From the NCBI GenBank assembly GCA_034521595.1, contig JAXHMG010000003.1, positions 1,792,001 through 1,856,000 of the forward strand: a DNA stretch of 64,000 bases, written 5' to 3'. The notes beneath the pieces are model-generated. The model was not told the origin of the DNA, made no database searches, and saw only the letters and a list, made by a program, of their open reading frames with translations. Of the stretch, positions 52,331 to 61,258 are shown in pieces (positions within the stretch are counted from its first letter, which is position 1; the number at the start of each line of letters is the position of its first letter). The translations under genes were made by a program, and so were the position numbers. This DNA is from Gemmatimonadota bacterium (lineage in GTDB: Bacteria; Gemmatimonadota; Gemmatimonadetes; Longimicrobiales; Gaopeijiaceae).

Positions 52331-52776
52331 CGTCTTGCCCTCTGCATGCTCTGTTCCAACTGGGAAGCGAACACCACCCGAACCACACCTGCTTCGACCA
52401 ACTCCTTCTGGACCTGGTCCATGAAGCGATACGGGACGTTGCGGTCGCCACGGATGGAGATGACGAGCCGCCGGTCGGAGTCGGCGTACAGCGGAGCCAC
52501 GACCGAGGAAACGTCGGTCATCGGCGTTTGCTGGTCGTTGATGAAGACCGAGCCGTCACGCTCCATCCAGATGTTGAGAATATTTTCCCGCTTCTCGTCG
52601 ATCTTCTCCGCCGCTTCCGCCTCCGGCCACTCGATGGGCCGCTGACGATCGTCCTGGAAGACGGTCGTGACCATGAAGAAGATGAGAAGCAGGAACGCGA
52701 TGTCCGCCAAAGAGGAAGTCGGCACTTCGGAGGACGCCTTTGACTTGCGGCTGAAGCCGCCACCCTTGATGGCCAT
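52327..52776 (-). CDS. exbD: ExbD/TolR biopolymer transporter
   Basis: SLADIAFLLLIFFMV, RGD..VPY. Confidence 0.9.
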   Translation of the reverse strand: MAIKGGGFSRKSKASSEVPTSSLADIAFLLLIFFMVTTVFQDDRQRPIEWPEAEAAEKIDEKRENILNIWMERDGSVFINDQQTPMTDVSSVVAPLYADSDRRLVISIRGDRNVPYRFMDQVQKELVEAGVVRVVFASQLEQSMQRARR

Positions 52777-53202
52777 CTAGTTCTCCAACACCTGGAGGGA
52801 AATTCGCTCGGCGTTCGCCGAGTGCAACGCGTCGAGGACGTCGACCATGTACTCGTACGCGGCGTCCGGGTGGGTCTTCACCGCGGCGATCAGGTTCTCG
52901 TTGGCCGCGACCTCCTGCCGCCACAGACCCTCGATCTCGTTGGGACGCATCTGCTGCACCTGCTGGCTCTCACCGCGTCGTACATCGACCACGCCGTTCG
53001 GCTGGACGATGAGGTGGAGGATGTTGCTCTGGTTGACCTGCGCCTCTTCGCCCGGCTCGGGCAGGACGATCGCCAACCCCTTGTCCTTCGGGAAAGTGGT
53101 CGTCACCAGGAAGAAAATCAGGAGCAGGAACGCGATGTCCGCCGTGGAGGACGTCGGAACCTCGTCGCTGACCTTCTGTCTCTTCTTGTTCAGAACTGAC
53201 AT
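52777..53202 (-). CDS. exbD: ExbD/TolR biopolymer transporter
   Basis: STADIAFLLLIFFLVTT. Confidence 0.9.
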   Translation of the reverse strand: MSVLNKKRQKVSDEVPTSSTADIAFLLLIFFLVTTTFPKDKGLAIVLPEPGEEAQVNQSNILHLIVQPNGVVDVRRGESQQVQQMRPNEIEGLWRQEVAANENLIAAVKTHPDAAYEYMVDVLDALHSANAERISLQVLEN

Positions 53203-53258
53203 GTCGTTCGGCCTCGTGTGTGATCAGAGGTACTCATCCGGCCCGTGCGAAGTTCCTG

Positions 53259-54017
53259 CTAGGTATTGTCCGACCCCGGGGTCGCGATCCCTTCCGGCGA
53301 CGAGGGGCCCGCAGTCGGCGGCGTGCCGGAGATCTCGGCCGGCGACTCTTCCTCGTCGGTCTTAACGATGTGGATTTTCCCTTCCTTCTCGAGGTCCCAC
53401 GCGAGGTTGAGGATCCGCTGAGCGCCTCGCTCCATGTCCACGATCAAGGTGTCGATCCGGGTGACGAAGAAGTTGTACCCGATGTTGACGGGCACCGCGA
53501 TCGTCAGGCCGGCGGCGGTCGTCAGCAGCGCGACCTTAATACCGCCCGCGACCAGCGAGGGATCCACATCCCCCGCGGCTTCGATGGCGGCAAAGGCCAG
53601 GATCATCCCTGCCACGGTGCCCAGGAAGCCCATGAGCGGAGCAACGTTCGCGATGGTCGCGAGAATCACGAGCCCTCGCTCGAGAAATCCGAGCTCGATG
53701 GTTCCGGTAGTGGCCACCGCCGACTCGAGCTCGCCCTTCGCGAGCGTCTTCGTCTGGATGCGCCGCAATCCGGCAAGCAGGATGGCCGCGGCCGGTCCGG
53801 GGGTTTCCGACGCGATCTCGATCGCCCCGTCGATGTCTCCCGCCATCGTCGCCTGTTCGACCTCATCGAGAACACTCAGGGTCCCCCTGTGGGCAACCCA
53901 GAGCGTCCAGGCCTTGGCGATGATGACACCAACCGCGATCAGTGAGCAGAGAACGAGCGGATACATCATCCACCCGCCGTCGGCAAACAAGGTCAGTAGC
54001 CGATACTCAGAGGCCAC
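53259..54017 (-). CDS. exbB: MotA/TolQ/ExbB proton channel
   Basis: GGWMM, APLMGFLGTV.GM, GIKVALLTTAAGL; AGGAG RBS before GTG 54017. Confidence 0.92.
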   Translation of the reverse strand: MASEYRLLTLFADGGWMMYPLVLCSLIAVGVIIAKAWTLWVAHRGTLSVLDEVEQATMAGDIDGAIEIASETPGPAAAILLAGLRRIQTKTLAKGELESAVATTGTIELGFLERGLVILATIANVAPLMGFLGTVAGMILAFAAIEAAGDVDPSLVAGGIKVALLTTAAGLTIAVPVNIGYNFFVTRIDTLIVDMERGAQRILNLAWDLEKEGKIHIVKTDEEESPAEISGTPPTAGPSSPEGIATPGSDNT

Positions 54018-54144
54018 GAATACTTCGCTCCTGATGAGGGGTTGGTCGTACCCGGACAATCCACGCCGGGCACTGGCTGTTGGAACGTCGGCAATCTACG
54101 GGTGCCCGCGCCGAAGTGTCAACGTAGCAGGGAAAGAGCATCCT

Positions 54145-54969
54145 CTAGGGGCCGGCGGGGGCCTCCGCGGCGGAAGCGCTCGCCCCCGCCGATGTCACGT
54201 CCGCGCGCACCGTGTCCCCCGCTACGATGGACCGGAGACGCTCCGAGGTCACGCCCCGCTCGAGGCGCCCCCCGATCGCGATCGACACCTGTGCCGTCTC
54301 CTCGCTCACCACCACGACCACGGCGTCGGTTTCTTCACTCAAGCCGAGCGCCGCGCGGTGCCGCGTCCCGAGGGAGCGGTCCCGCACCGTGGTCTGGGTA
54401 AGCGGGAGGATTGCGCCCGCAGCGCGGATCTGGTTGCCGGAGATCAGTACGGCACCGTCGTGCAGTGGCGAGTACGGCGTGAAGATCGTGGCGAGCATCT
54501 CCGCGGAAACGCGGGCTTGTACCCGACTCCCGGTTTCCGCGTACTCGTCGAGCCCCACGTCGCGCTCGATCGCGATGATCGCCCCGTGCTTCGCGCGCGC
54601 CAGCCGCTCGGTCGCTTCGACGATCTCGTCGATGACCTCCGTACCCTCCATCTTCTGGAAGAACTGGATCATGCGGCTGCGCCCGAGCCGCGCCAGCGCC
54701 GCGCGCAACTCCGGCTGAAAGACGACGAGCGCGGCGATCGCGCCGTATTGGAAGATCGCCTCGAGCAATCCTCGGATGAGGATGAAATCCAGGAGCCGTG
54801 CCGCTCCGTAGGTGCCGGCCAGGAGCGCCCCACCCAGCATGATCTGCATCGCCCGAGTGCGTTGAAGGACGAGCAGAATCCGGTACAGCAGGACCGCGAC
54901 GAGGAGAATCTCGACGAGGTCCGTCCAGCCGGGCCGCAGGAGCCGTAGCTGCTCCCAGGCGCTACTCAA
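54145..54969 (-). CDS. cdaA: Diadenylate cyclase CdaA/DacA
   Basis: Three TMs, FQPELR, LHDGA, GTRHRAA, VSEET. Confidence 0.92.
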   Translation of the reverse strand: MSSAWEQLRLLRPGWTDLVEILLVAVLLYRILLVLQRTRAMQIMLGGALLAGTYGAARLLDFILIRGLLEAIFQYGAIAALVVFQPELRAALARLGRSRMIQFFQKMEGTEVIDEIVEATERLARAKHGAIIAIERDVGLDEYAETGSRVQARVSAEMLATIFTPYSPLHDGAVLISGNQIRAAGAILPLTQTTVRDRSLGTRHRAALGLSEETDAVVVVVSEETAQVSIAIGGRLERGVTSERLRSIVAGDTVRADVTSAGASASAAEAPAGP

Positions 54970-55005
54970 GGGTGCACGAGTTCCGGCGCGGGCCCGCGGG
55001 CCGCA

Positions 55006-57036
55006 TCAGGGCACCTCGTCCGCCTCGGGCTCGTCTCGGATGCCGGGCGCCGGACCCGGGAGCGGCCCTTCCCCTCCCGGAAGACCAAAGGGACGGGGGT
55101 TTTTGTCTTTCGCCGGCTTGGTGACCTTCGGATCCGTCGCTCCCTCCTCCATATCGGCCTCGGGCAGTGGGGGCAGGGGCTCTCCCCGAGCGAGGATCTC
55201 GATCTCCCCACGATTGAGGGTTTCCCGCTCCAGCAGCGCCTGCGCGATCGCCTCGAGGAGATCGCGGTGCTCGGCGAGAACCCGGTGCGCCTTTTCGTGC
55301 GCTTCGTCCAGAATCCTCTTGACCTCCTGATCCACGATCCGAGCGGTGTGCTCCGACACCTGACGACGCTGCGAGAGATCCTTCCCGAGGAACACCTCGT
55401 GCTCGCTCTCGTCGACCGCCACCAAACCGATCACCTCGCTCATGCCGAAGCTCGTGACCATGCGGCGAGCCATGCTCGTGGCGCGCTCGATATCGTTCCC
55501 CGCGCCGGTCGTGACGTCTTGGTCGCCGAACACGATTTCCTCCGCGACACGTCCTCCGAAGAGCATCGCGAGCTGTCCCTCCATCCACTCGCGCGTATAC
55601 GAGTGTCGATCCTCCTCGGGGAGGCTCGCGGTGATCCCGAGCGCCCGTCCTCGTGGCACGATCGTCACCTTATGAACCGGGTCGAGACCGGGAACCTTGA
55701 GCCCGAGCACCGCATGACCCGATTCGTGGTAGGCGGTCAGCGTCCGCTCGTTCTCGGTCAGCACCAGGCTCCGGCGCTCGGTGCCGAGCATGATCTTGTC
55801 CTTCGCCAGCTCGAAGTCCGTCATGGAGACCTTTTCGGCTCTACGCCGGGCCGCCAACAACGCCGCCTCGTTGCAGACGTTCGCCAGGTCCGCGCCGCTC
55901 ATGCCGGGCGTGCCCCGAGCGATGAGGGAGAGCTCCACGTCGTCGGCCAACGGAAGCTTCTTGGCGTGCACGCGCAGGATCTGCTCCCGCCCCTTCACGT
56001 CCGGAGCGTCGACCATGACCTGCCGGTCGAATCGACCGGGCCGCAGCAACGCCGGGTCGAGCACGTCCGGGCGATTGGTCGCGGCCAGCAAGATCACTCC
56101 TTCATTCGACTCGAACCCGTCCATCTCGACGAGCAACGCGTTGAGCGTCTGCTCCCGCTCGTCGTGACCGCCGCCCAGACCGGCACCACGATGGCGTCCG
56201 ACCGCGTCGATCTCGTCGACGAAGATGATGCACGGAGCGTGCGCCTTCCCCTGCTCGAAGAGGTCACGGACCCGGGACGCGCCGACGCCCACGAACATCT
56301 CGACGAAGTCCGACCCCGACATCTGGAAGAACGGTCGGCCGGCTTCACCGGCAACGGCACGCGCAAGGAGCGTCTTTCCCGTGCCCGGGGGTCCCACGAG
56401 CAGCACGCCTTTGGGCAGACGTCCCCCTAAACGGGAGAAGCGCGCCGGATCCTTCAGAAAATGGATGATCTCCTCGAGCTCTTCCTTCGCCTCATCGGCG
56501 CCCGCGACGTCGGCGAAGGTCACCTTCGGCGTGTCGGGCGAGATCATCTTGGCCTTCGACCGCCCGAACTGGAACGCTTTGTTTCCGCCCCCCTGCATGG
56601 TGCGGAAGATCCAGATCCAGAACGCGATGAAGAGGAGCCACGGGAGAGCCGTGAGCAGCAGCGTGCCCCAACCCGTGTCGGTGGGCTCCGCCTCGACGAT
56701 GACGTCCCGTTCCGCGAGCTCCGCCAACAGCCCGTCGGTGACGTCACCCGGAAGGCGGGTTTCGAAGAGGGTGTACTCCTGACCCTCCCGCATGATCGGT
56801 TGCGTGAGCTCGCCCTCCACCTGGCGGTCACGGAACAGAACCTTGTGCACGCGCCCCTCGGCGAGGTGCTCGCGGAACTCGGTATAGGTGAACTCGGCGG
56901 CGGCCTCACCCTGCCCTCGCACGATCTGGATACCCAGAAGGAGCATGAGGGCCAGCATCATCAAGAAAGCCGCGTTCTTGGACAGACGTCCGACGCGGTT
57001 CTCGGGATCGGGGCGGTTGGGTTGGTTTTCAGGCAT
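55006..57036 (-). CDS. ftsH: ATP-dependent zinc metalloprotease FtsH
   Basis: [26 protein letters not shown]. Confidence 0.97.
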   Translation of the reverse strand: MPENQPNRPDPENRVGRLSKNAAFLMMLALMLLLGIQIVRGQGEAAAEFTYTEFREHLAEGRVHKVLFRDRQVEGELTQPIMREGQEYTLFETRLPGDVTDGLLAELAERDVIVEAEPTDTGWGTLLLTALPWLLFIAFWIWIFRTMQGGGNKAFQFGRSKAKMISPDTPKVTFADVAGADEAKEELEEIIHFLKDPARFSRLGGRLPKGVLLVGPPGTGKTLLARAVAGEAGRPFFQMSGSDFVEMFVGVGASRVRDLFEQGKAHAPCIIFVDEIDAVGRHRGAGLGGGHDEREQTLNALLVEMDGFESNEGVILLAATNRPDVLDPALLRPGRFDRQVMVDAPDVKGREQILRVHAKKLPLADDVELSLIARGTPGMSGADLANVCNEAALLAARRRAEKVSMTDFELAKDKIMLGTERRSLVLTENERTLTAYHESGHAVLGLKVPGLDPVHKVTIVPRGRALGITASLPEEDRHSYTREWMEGQLAMLFGGRVAEEIVFGDQDVTTGAGNDIERATSMARRMVTSFGMSEVIGLVAVDESEHEVFLGKDLSQRRQVSEHTARIVDQEVKRILDEAHEKAHRVLAEHRDLLEAIAQALLERETLNRGEIEILARGEPLPPLPEADMEEGATDPKVTKPAKDKNPRPFGLPGGEGPLPGPAPGIRDEPEADEVP

Positions 57037-57080
57037 CGCACTCTACTCGATCGAGCCCGGCGGGGTGCACGGACGGGGCC

Positions 57081-57173
57081 CTATAGGCTCGCGATATATG
57101 GCAAATGGCGAAAGGCTTCCGCGTAATCAGACCCATACCCCGTGAGGAGCCCATTGGGTGCATGGACGCCGAC
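57081..57173 (-). pseudogene. hpt: 3' relic of hypoxanthine phosphoribosyltransferase
   Basis: VGVHAPNGLLTGYGSDYAEAFRHLPYIASL* matches the HPRT C-terminal GYGLDY..R.LPYI motif, at the expected tilS-hpt-ftsH position. Confidence 0.8.
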
Positions 57174-57257
57174 GGACCGGGCATGGCCGGTCGCTCGAAC
57201 ACGGCGCGAACAGCCACGGTACCGATGCCGACGTCGTGGCCGGGAAGCCTCCGGCGC

Positions 57258-58664
57258 TCACGCGAACCCGATCGGGAGCGTCTCCCGCCCACCCGAACCC
57301 GCCGCCGGCGGCGGGGCGTCCGCCCGGGCCACGCCGGGGATCCAGAGCACGTCGCCCGCCGCGTCGGCCAGGACGGGAATCTCCGAACGCCGCGGAGCCG
57401 GAACGCGTGCCTCGCGGAAGAGGTGCTTGAGCTTGCGCGCACCCACACGCGTTCGGATACGGTCTCCGGCTTCCCACGCCCGCACGACGAGGGGGAATCG
57501 GAGCCGCGCCGACACGAAGCGCTCGACGAAGTCGGCCTGTCTTTCGGCTTCTTCGCCCCACCCGACCCAGACGCTCGCGCCGGACAGGAGGACCTCACCG
57601 CTTCCGCCCGCGGGACCGGGGATCCGGAGCGCCCGGTCCGGTGGCGGCGCCGATGCCGACCGTGCCAGCACCAGGCGATCGAGCTCCCGTCGAAGCGTGA
57701 CCGCCCCCCCCAGGTCGATGCCGTGGCCACTCGCCCCGGACGCGGCGAAATCCACGGCCAGGGCGGTCACCCGTCCGTTCGGCCGCAGACCGAGCTCGGC
57801 CGCGAGTGCCCGCAACACTCTGGCCCGAACGGCGGGATGCAGGGCCGTGAGCGCCTCTCGGTCCACGGTGACGCGCTCCCCGTCGCGTTCGGGGTGGACC
57901 GAGTCGATCAATCCGGGCACGAGGCTCTCCCATCCCTCTTCGTCGTGCGCGGCCCGTTCCGCGAATCGGACGACCGCGCGGCGGGCGCCCGGCGCGACGA
58001 GCCGTTCCACATCCGGCAGCACGTGGTGCCGGAGGGCATTCCGGGCAAAGTCGGTCTGCCCGTTGGTCGGATCCTCCCGCCATCCGAGCCCGACCGCTCG
58101 CGCGTACGCGAGCACGTCGTCACGCCAGACGTCGAGCAGGGGTCGCCAGACGCCGTCCTCGCGTTCCCGAAGCACGCCCCGGAGCCCCACCGGTCCCGTT
58201 CCTCGGAGCACGCGGAAGAGCACGGTCTCCGCCTGGTCGTCCGCATGATGCGCGGTGGCGACGAAGCGTGCGCCTCTCGCGCGTCGAACCTCGTGAAGAA
58301 AGGCGTAGCGATGGCGGCGAGCCTCCGCCTCGGAGCTCGGCGGCGCGAGGGCGGCCCCCGCGACGAGCTCGACCCCCCAGGCGGAGCACAGCCCCCGGAG
58401 CCAGAGCGCGTCGGCGTCGCTCCCGGAGCGCATTCGGTGATCGAAGTGCGCGGCGACGATAGGCGGACCCCGGACGCCGTCCGGTCCCGGCTCACCCCTC
58501 CCGGCGAACCGAAGGAGGTGTAGCAGAACCGTGGAGTCCAGCCCCCCGGAAACCCCCACCACGACGGGATCCGTGATGGGCACGCCTCCATCCGGGACCC
58601 GGAGCGCTTCGACGTATCGCTGCCGCACGCGTCGGGCAGCATCGCAACCGTGCCCACCGTTCAT
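57258..58664 (-). CDS. tilS: tRNA(Ile)-lysidine synthetase
   Basis: VSGGLDS, HFDH, HHADDQAET, RPLL, EDPTN, RN.LRH. Confidence 0.93.
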   Translation of the reverse strand: MNGGHGCDAARRVRQRYVEALRVPDGGVPITDPVVVGVSGGLDSTVLLHLLRFAGRGEPGPDGVRGPPIVAAHFDHRMRSGSDADALWLRGLCSAWGVELVAGAALAPPSSEAEARRHRYAFLHEVRRARGARFVATAHHADDQAETVLFRVLRGTGPVGLRGVLREREDGVWRPLLDVWRDDVLAYARAVGLGWREDPTNGQTDFARNALRHHVLPDVERLVAPGARRAVVRFAERAAHDEEGWESLVPGLIDSVHPERDGERVTVDREALTALHPAVRARVLRALAAELGLRPNGRVTALAVDFAASGASGHGIDLGGAVTLRRELDRLVLARSASAPPPDRALRIPGPAGGSGEVLLSGASVWVGWGEEAERQADFVERFVSARLRFPLVVRAWEAGDRIRTRVGARKLKHLFREARVPAPRRSEIPVLADAAGDVLWIPGVARADAPPPAAGSGGRETLPIGFA

Positions 58665-59506
58665 TGGCCCTCCCCTTCGAGTCCCGGGGCGACAGGACGC
58701 CCATACCGCTCGTGGAGCACCCGCGCGAGAACATCCGGCCGATCGGTTTGAATCCCGTCCACACCCCAGTCGAGGAGCCGCACCATCGCCGCGGGATCGT
58801 CGACCGTCCACACCTGCACCGGAATGTTCTTGCGATGGGCCTGCGCTATGAGCCGCCGCGTCACGATCCGCCACCCTTTCCATGTCTCGGGAATTTGCAA
58901 CACGTCCACCCGGGGCGTGTAACCGGCCGCCCACGGGAGGCCGCTCAATACCCGGAAGAGGATCACATGGTGCCGGCTCGCACCCCAAGGCCCGCAATAT
59001 CCGCGGGCCTTCCGCCGCCAACGCTCGTATTCCGCGGCCACGAGAACGCGCGCTTCCGCCTCGTGGCGTCGGACCGCTTCCACGAGCGGCCCGGCCGCGG
59101 CGGCTTCCTTTGATTCGAGGTTGATCCATACCCCCGGGAAGGCGGCAAGCACGTCATCCAACGTCGGGATGCGCACCCCCCGTTCCCGGTAGGGAGCCCT
59201 TCCTTCGGGATCCCGGAACCGGTATCCCGCGTCGAGCGTCCGAATCTCCGCCAGCGTGAGGTCGGCCACGCGGCCGCTGCCGTCCGTCGTGCGGTCCACC
59301 GTCTCGTCGTGGATCACAACAGGGACTCCGTCCCGGGTCACGCGCACGTCCATCTCGAGCATGTCCGCGCGCCACACGTCGACCGCCTGCCGAAACGCCT
59401 CCATCGTGTTCTCGGGCACGATCCCCGAGCCACCCCGGTGCGCCACGAGCATCGGGGCCCCGGCCAGATACGGTTTCCCCGGCCGTGGGCCGGATCCGAT
59501 TCCCAC
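58661..59506 (-). CDS. Glycerophosphodiester phosphodiesterase
   Basis: AHRGG..PENT, EMDV, HD.TVDRTT, WTVD, DGIQTDRP. Confidence 0.92.
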   Translation of the reverse strand: MGIGSGPRPGKPYLAGAPMLVAHRGGSGIVPENTMEAFRQAVDVWRADMLEMDVRVTRDGVPVVIHDETVDRTTDGSGRVADLTLAEIRTLDAGYRFRDPEGRAPYRERGVRIPTLDDVLAAFPGVWINLESKEAAAAGPLVEAVRRHEAEARVLVAAEYERWRRKARGYCGPWGASRHHVILFRVLSGLPWAAGYTPRVDVLQIPETWKGWRIVTRRLIAQAHRKNIPVQVWTVDDPAAMVRLLDWGVDGIQTDRPDVLARVLHERYGRPVAPGLEGEGQ

Positions 59507-59525
59507 AGTCGTGCGGCTCCGTCGT

Positions 59526-60044
59526 CTACGGGGACGGCTGTCGGTCCGCCTCCACGCGCTCGATCTCCTCGGGAGTGAGCTCGTGAAAGACATAGAGGGT
59601 GAGGTCCAGGAGGTGAGCGGTCGCATCGCGCTCGAAGGTCAGGCGAGCCTGAGACTCCTCGTCCGGCCCGGCCATCCGCTCCTCCAATGCCACCACGCGC
59701 CCGGCCAGGAACACGAGGATGTCCTCGACGACCTGGGGTCTGGGATTGGCGGGCGCCTTCGCGTCGGGCATGACCTCACGCAGCATCAAGCCGCGGACGT
59801 AGGTGAGAAATCCCGGGAAGATCAGCTCCGTGAGCGGCCCTTCGTCGACCGCCTCCTCGTCCATGAGGTTCTCCCACTCCAGCTCGTTCCAGTAGAGGTC
59901 CTTGGCCTCGTCGAGCAGGTAGATCCGGTTCGTCCGCGGCAGGGGCTCGCTCGAAGCGGCGCTCGGTTGCCCGAGCTCACGCCCGAGCACTCGTTCGATC
60001 CGCTCTCGGCGGCCGCCGAGTAGCGTGCTGGCACGATCGTTCAT
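59526..60044 (-). CDS. Hypothetical protein
   Basis: Host-like codon usage, operonic position, LYWNELEWE motif. Confidence 0.7.
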   Translation of the reverse strand: MNDRASTLLGGRRERIERVLGRELGQPSAASSEPLPRTNRIYLLDEAKDLYWNELEWENLMDEEAVDEGPLTELIFPGFLTYVRGLMLREVMPDAKAPANPRPQVVEDILVFLAGRVVALEERMAGPDEESQARLTFERDATAHLLDLTLYVFHELTPEEIERVEADRQPSP

Positions 60045-60140
60045 CTTTTCTATTGTCTCATCTTCGTTGAATGTCGGTCGGGGAGACGGGAGTATACGTC
60101 CGTACCGCGTCCCATGAAACGTGGCGAAAAGGAGCGAGCC

Positions 60141-60755
60141 GTGCAGCCGAACTGGATCCGTGTACCGATTCTGCTCGCGCTCGCCTGGATCCTCTACGGC
60201 TACGTGAACGACCCGACCCACGCGTCGATCTTCGCCGGTGTGAACCTGGTGTTCCACGAGATGGGGCACGCGGCCTTCATGTGGTTCGGGAATCGCATGC
60301 TCACGACGGCGGGAGGCACGATCTTCGAGGTCGGGATCCCCGTGTCGGCCGGGGCCTACCTTCTGGTCAAGCAACGGGACTCGTTCGGCGCGGCGGTATG
60401 CCTTTTCTGGATGGGCACGGCGCTCTTCAGCGCCGGCGTGTACGCCGCCGACGCCCGGGCTCAGGCGCTACCGCTCGTCTCCCCCTTCGGACCCGTGGAC
60501 GTGGACGGCCACGACTGGACCGTCATGCTCCTCAGGCTTGGACGCCTGTCGCAGGATCAGCAGTTCGGCTCCGCGCTGCGCAGCATGGGTGTCCTGGCCA
60601 TGGCCGGGGGTGTGGGCATCGGCGCGCGCATCACCTGGGGCCGTGCCGGACGTCGTCGCGAAGGCGCGCCTCGCGCGGCCCTGGACAGAGAAGACCAACG
60701 GTTCGCGGACTTCCTCCAGCGCACGGACGGCGTGGAAGACCGGACGACCGAGTGA
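60141..60755 (+). CDS. Membrane protein with HExxH motif (M50-like putative metalloprotease)
   Basis: FHEMGH, AGGT, Y.ADAR, HDW; AAGGAG RBS. Confidence 0.75.
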   Translation: MQPNWIRVPILLALAWILYGYVNDPTHASIFAGVNLVFHEMGHAAFMWFGNRMLTTAGGTIFEVGIPVSAGAYLLVKQRDSFGAAVCLFWMGTALFSAGVYAADARAQALPLVSPFGPVDVDGHDWTVMLLRLGRLSQDQQFGSALRSMGVLAMAGGVGIGARITWGRAGRRREGAPRAALDREDQRFADFLQRTDGVEDRTTE

Positions 60756-60762
60756 CGGCGCG

Positions 60763-61203
60763 TCAGCCTCCGACCTGGAACGACACCCGCCGCAACACGG
60801 TCCCGTCCTGGTCCTCGACCCGGACCTCCCACTCACCCGTCCAGTCGGCAGGAATGGTCTTGGCGCTCCACGTACGCCAGTGGGGCCCCCGGACCGTGAG
60901 CGAGACTCGCGCGGTCTCCTCCCCGTTCCGTTCCCAGACGTGCTCGACCTCGCGCTCATCGAAGGCCCCTTCGAGCACCGTGTAGAAGTAGAGCTCGCCG
61001 ACGTCCGCCGGAAAGGTTTGTGCCTCGCCGACGGGCTCGCGGTCCTCGACACCCGTGGCCACGACGGCGGTCGTCACGTCGACTCCACCGGGCTCGGGAT
61101 CCTGAGCTCGAAGGGGCGCGCACACCACGGCGGCGGCGATGAGCGCGGCAACCAACGGGCGCTCGAGTCCTCCTGCTACCGACATGCTCCATGGCGCGGT
61201 CAT
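60763..61203 (-). CDS. DUF2914 domain exported protein
   Basis: V.DREP, LYFYT, HVW, WRTWS.K, W.G.W.V.V. Confidence 0.82.
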   Translation of the reverse strand: MTAPWSMSVAGGLERPLVAALIAAAVVCAPLRAQDPEPGGVDVTTAVVATGVEDREPVGEAQTFPADVGELYFYTVLEGAFDEREVEHVWERNGEETARVSLTVRGPHWRTWSAKTIPADWTGEWEVRVEDQDGTVLRRVSFQVGG

Positions 61204-61258
61204 CGCGAGACCTCCTTGCCGGGTGGCGAGGGCCGCGACGGACGGTCCTCGTGCTCCA

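Noticed and set aside
57081-58664. TilS-Hpt fusion by stop read-through
   Set aside because: Only ~30 degenerate Hpt residues remain and the intervening codons are not Hpt-like
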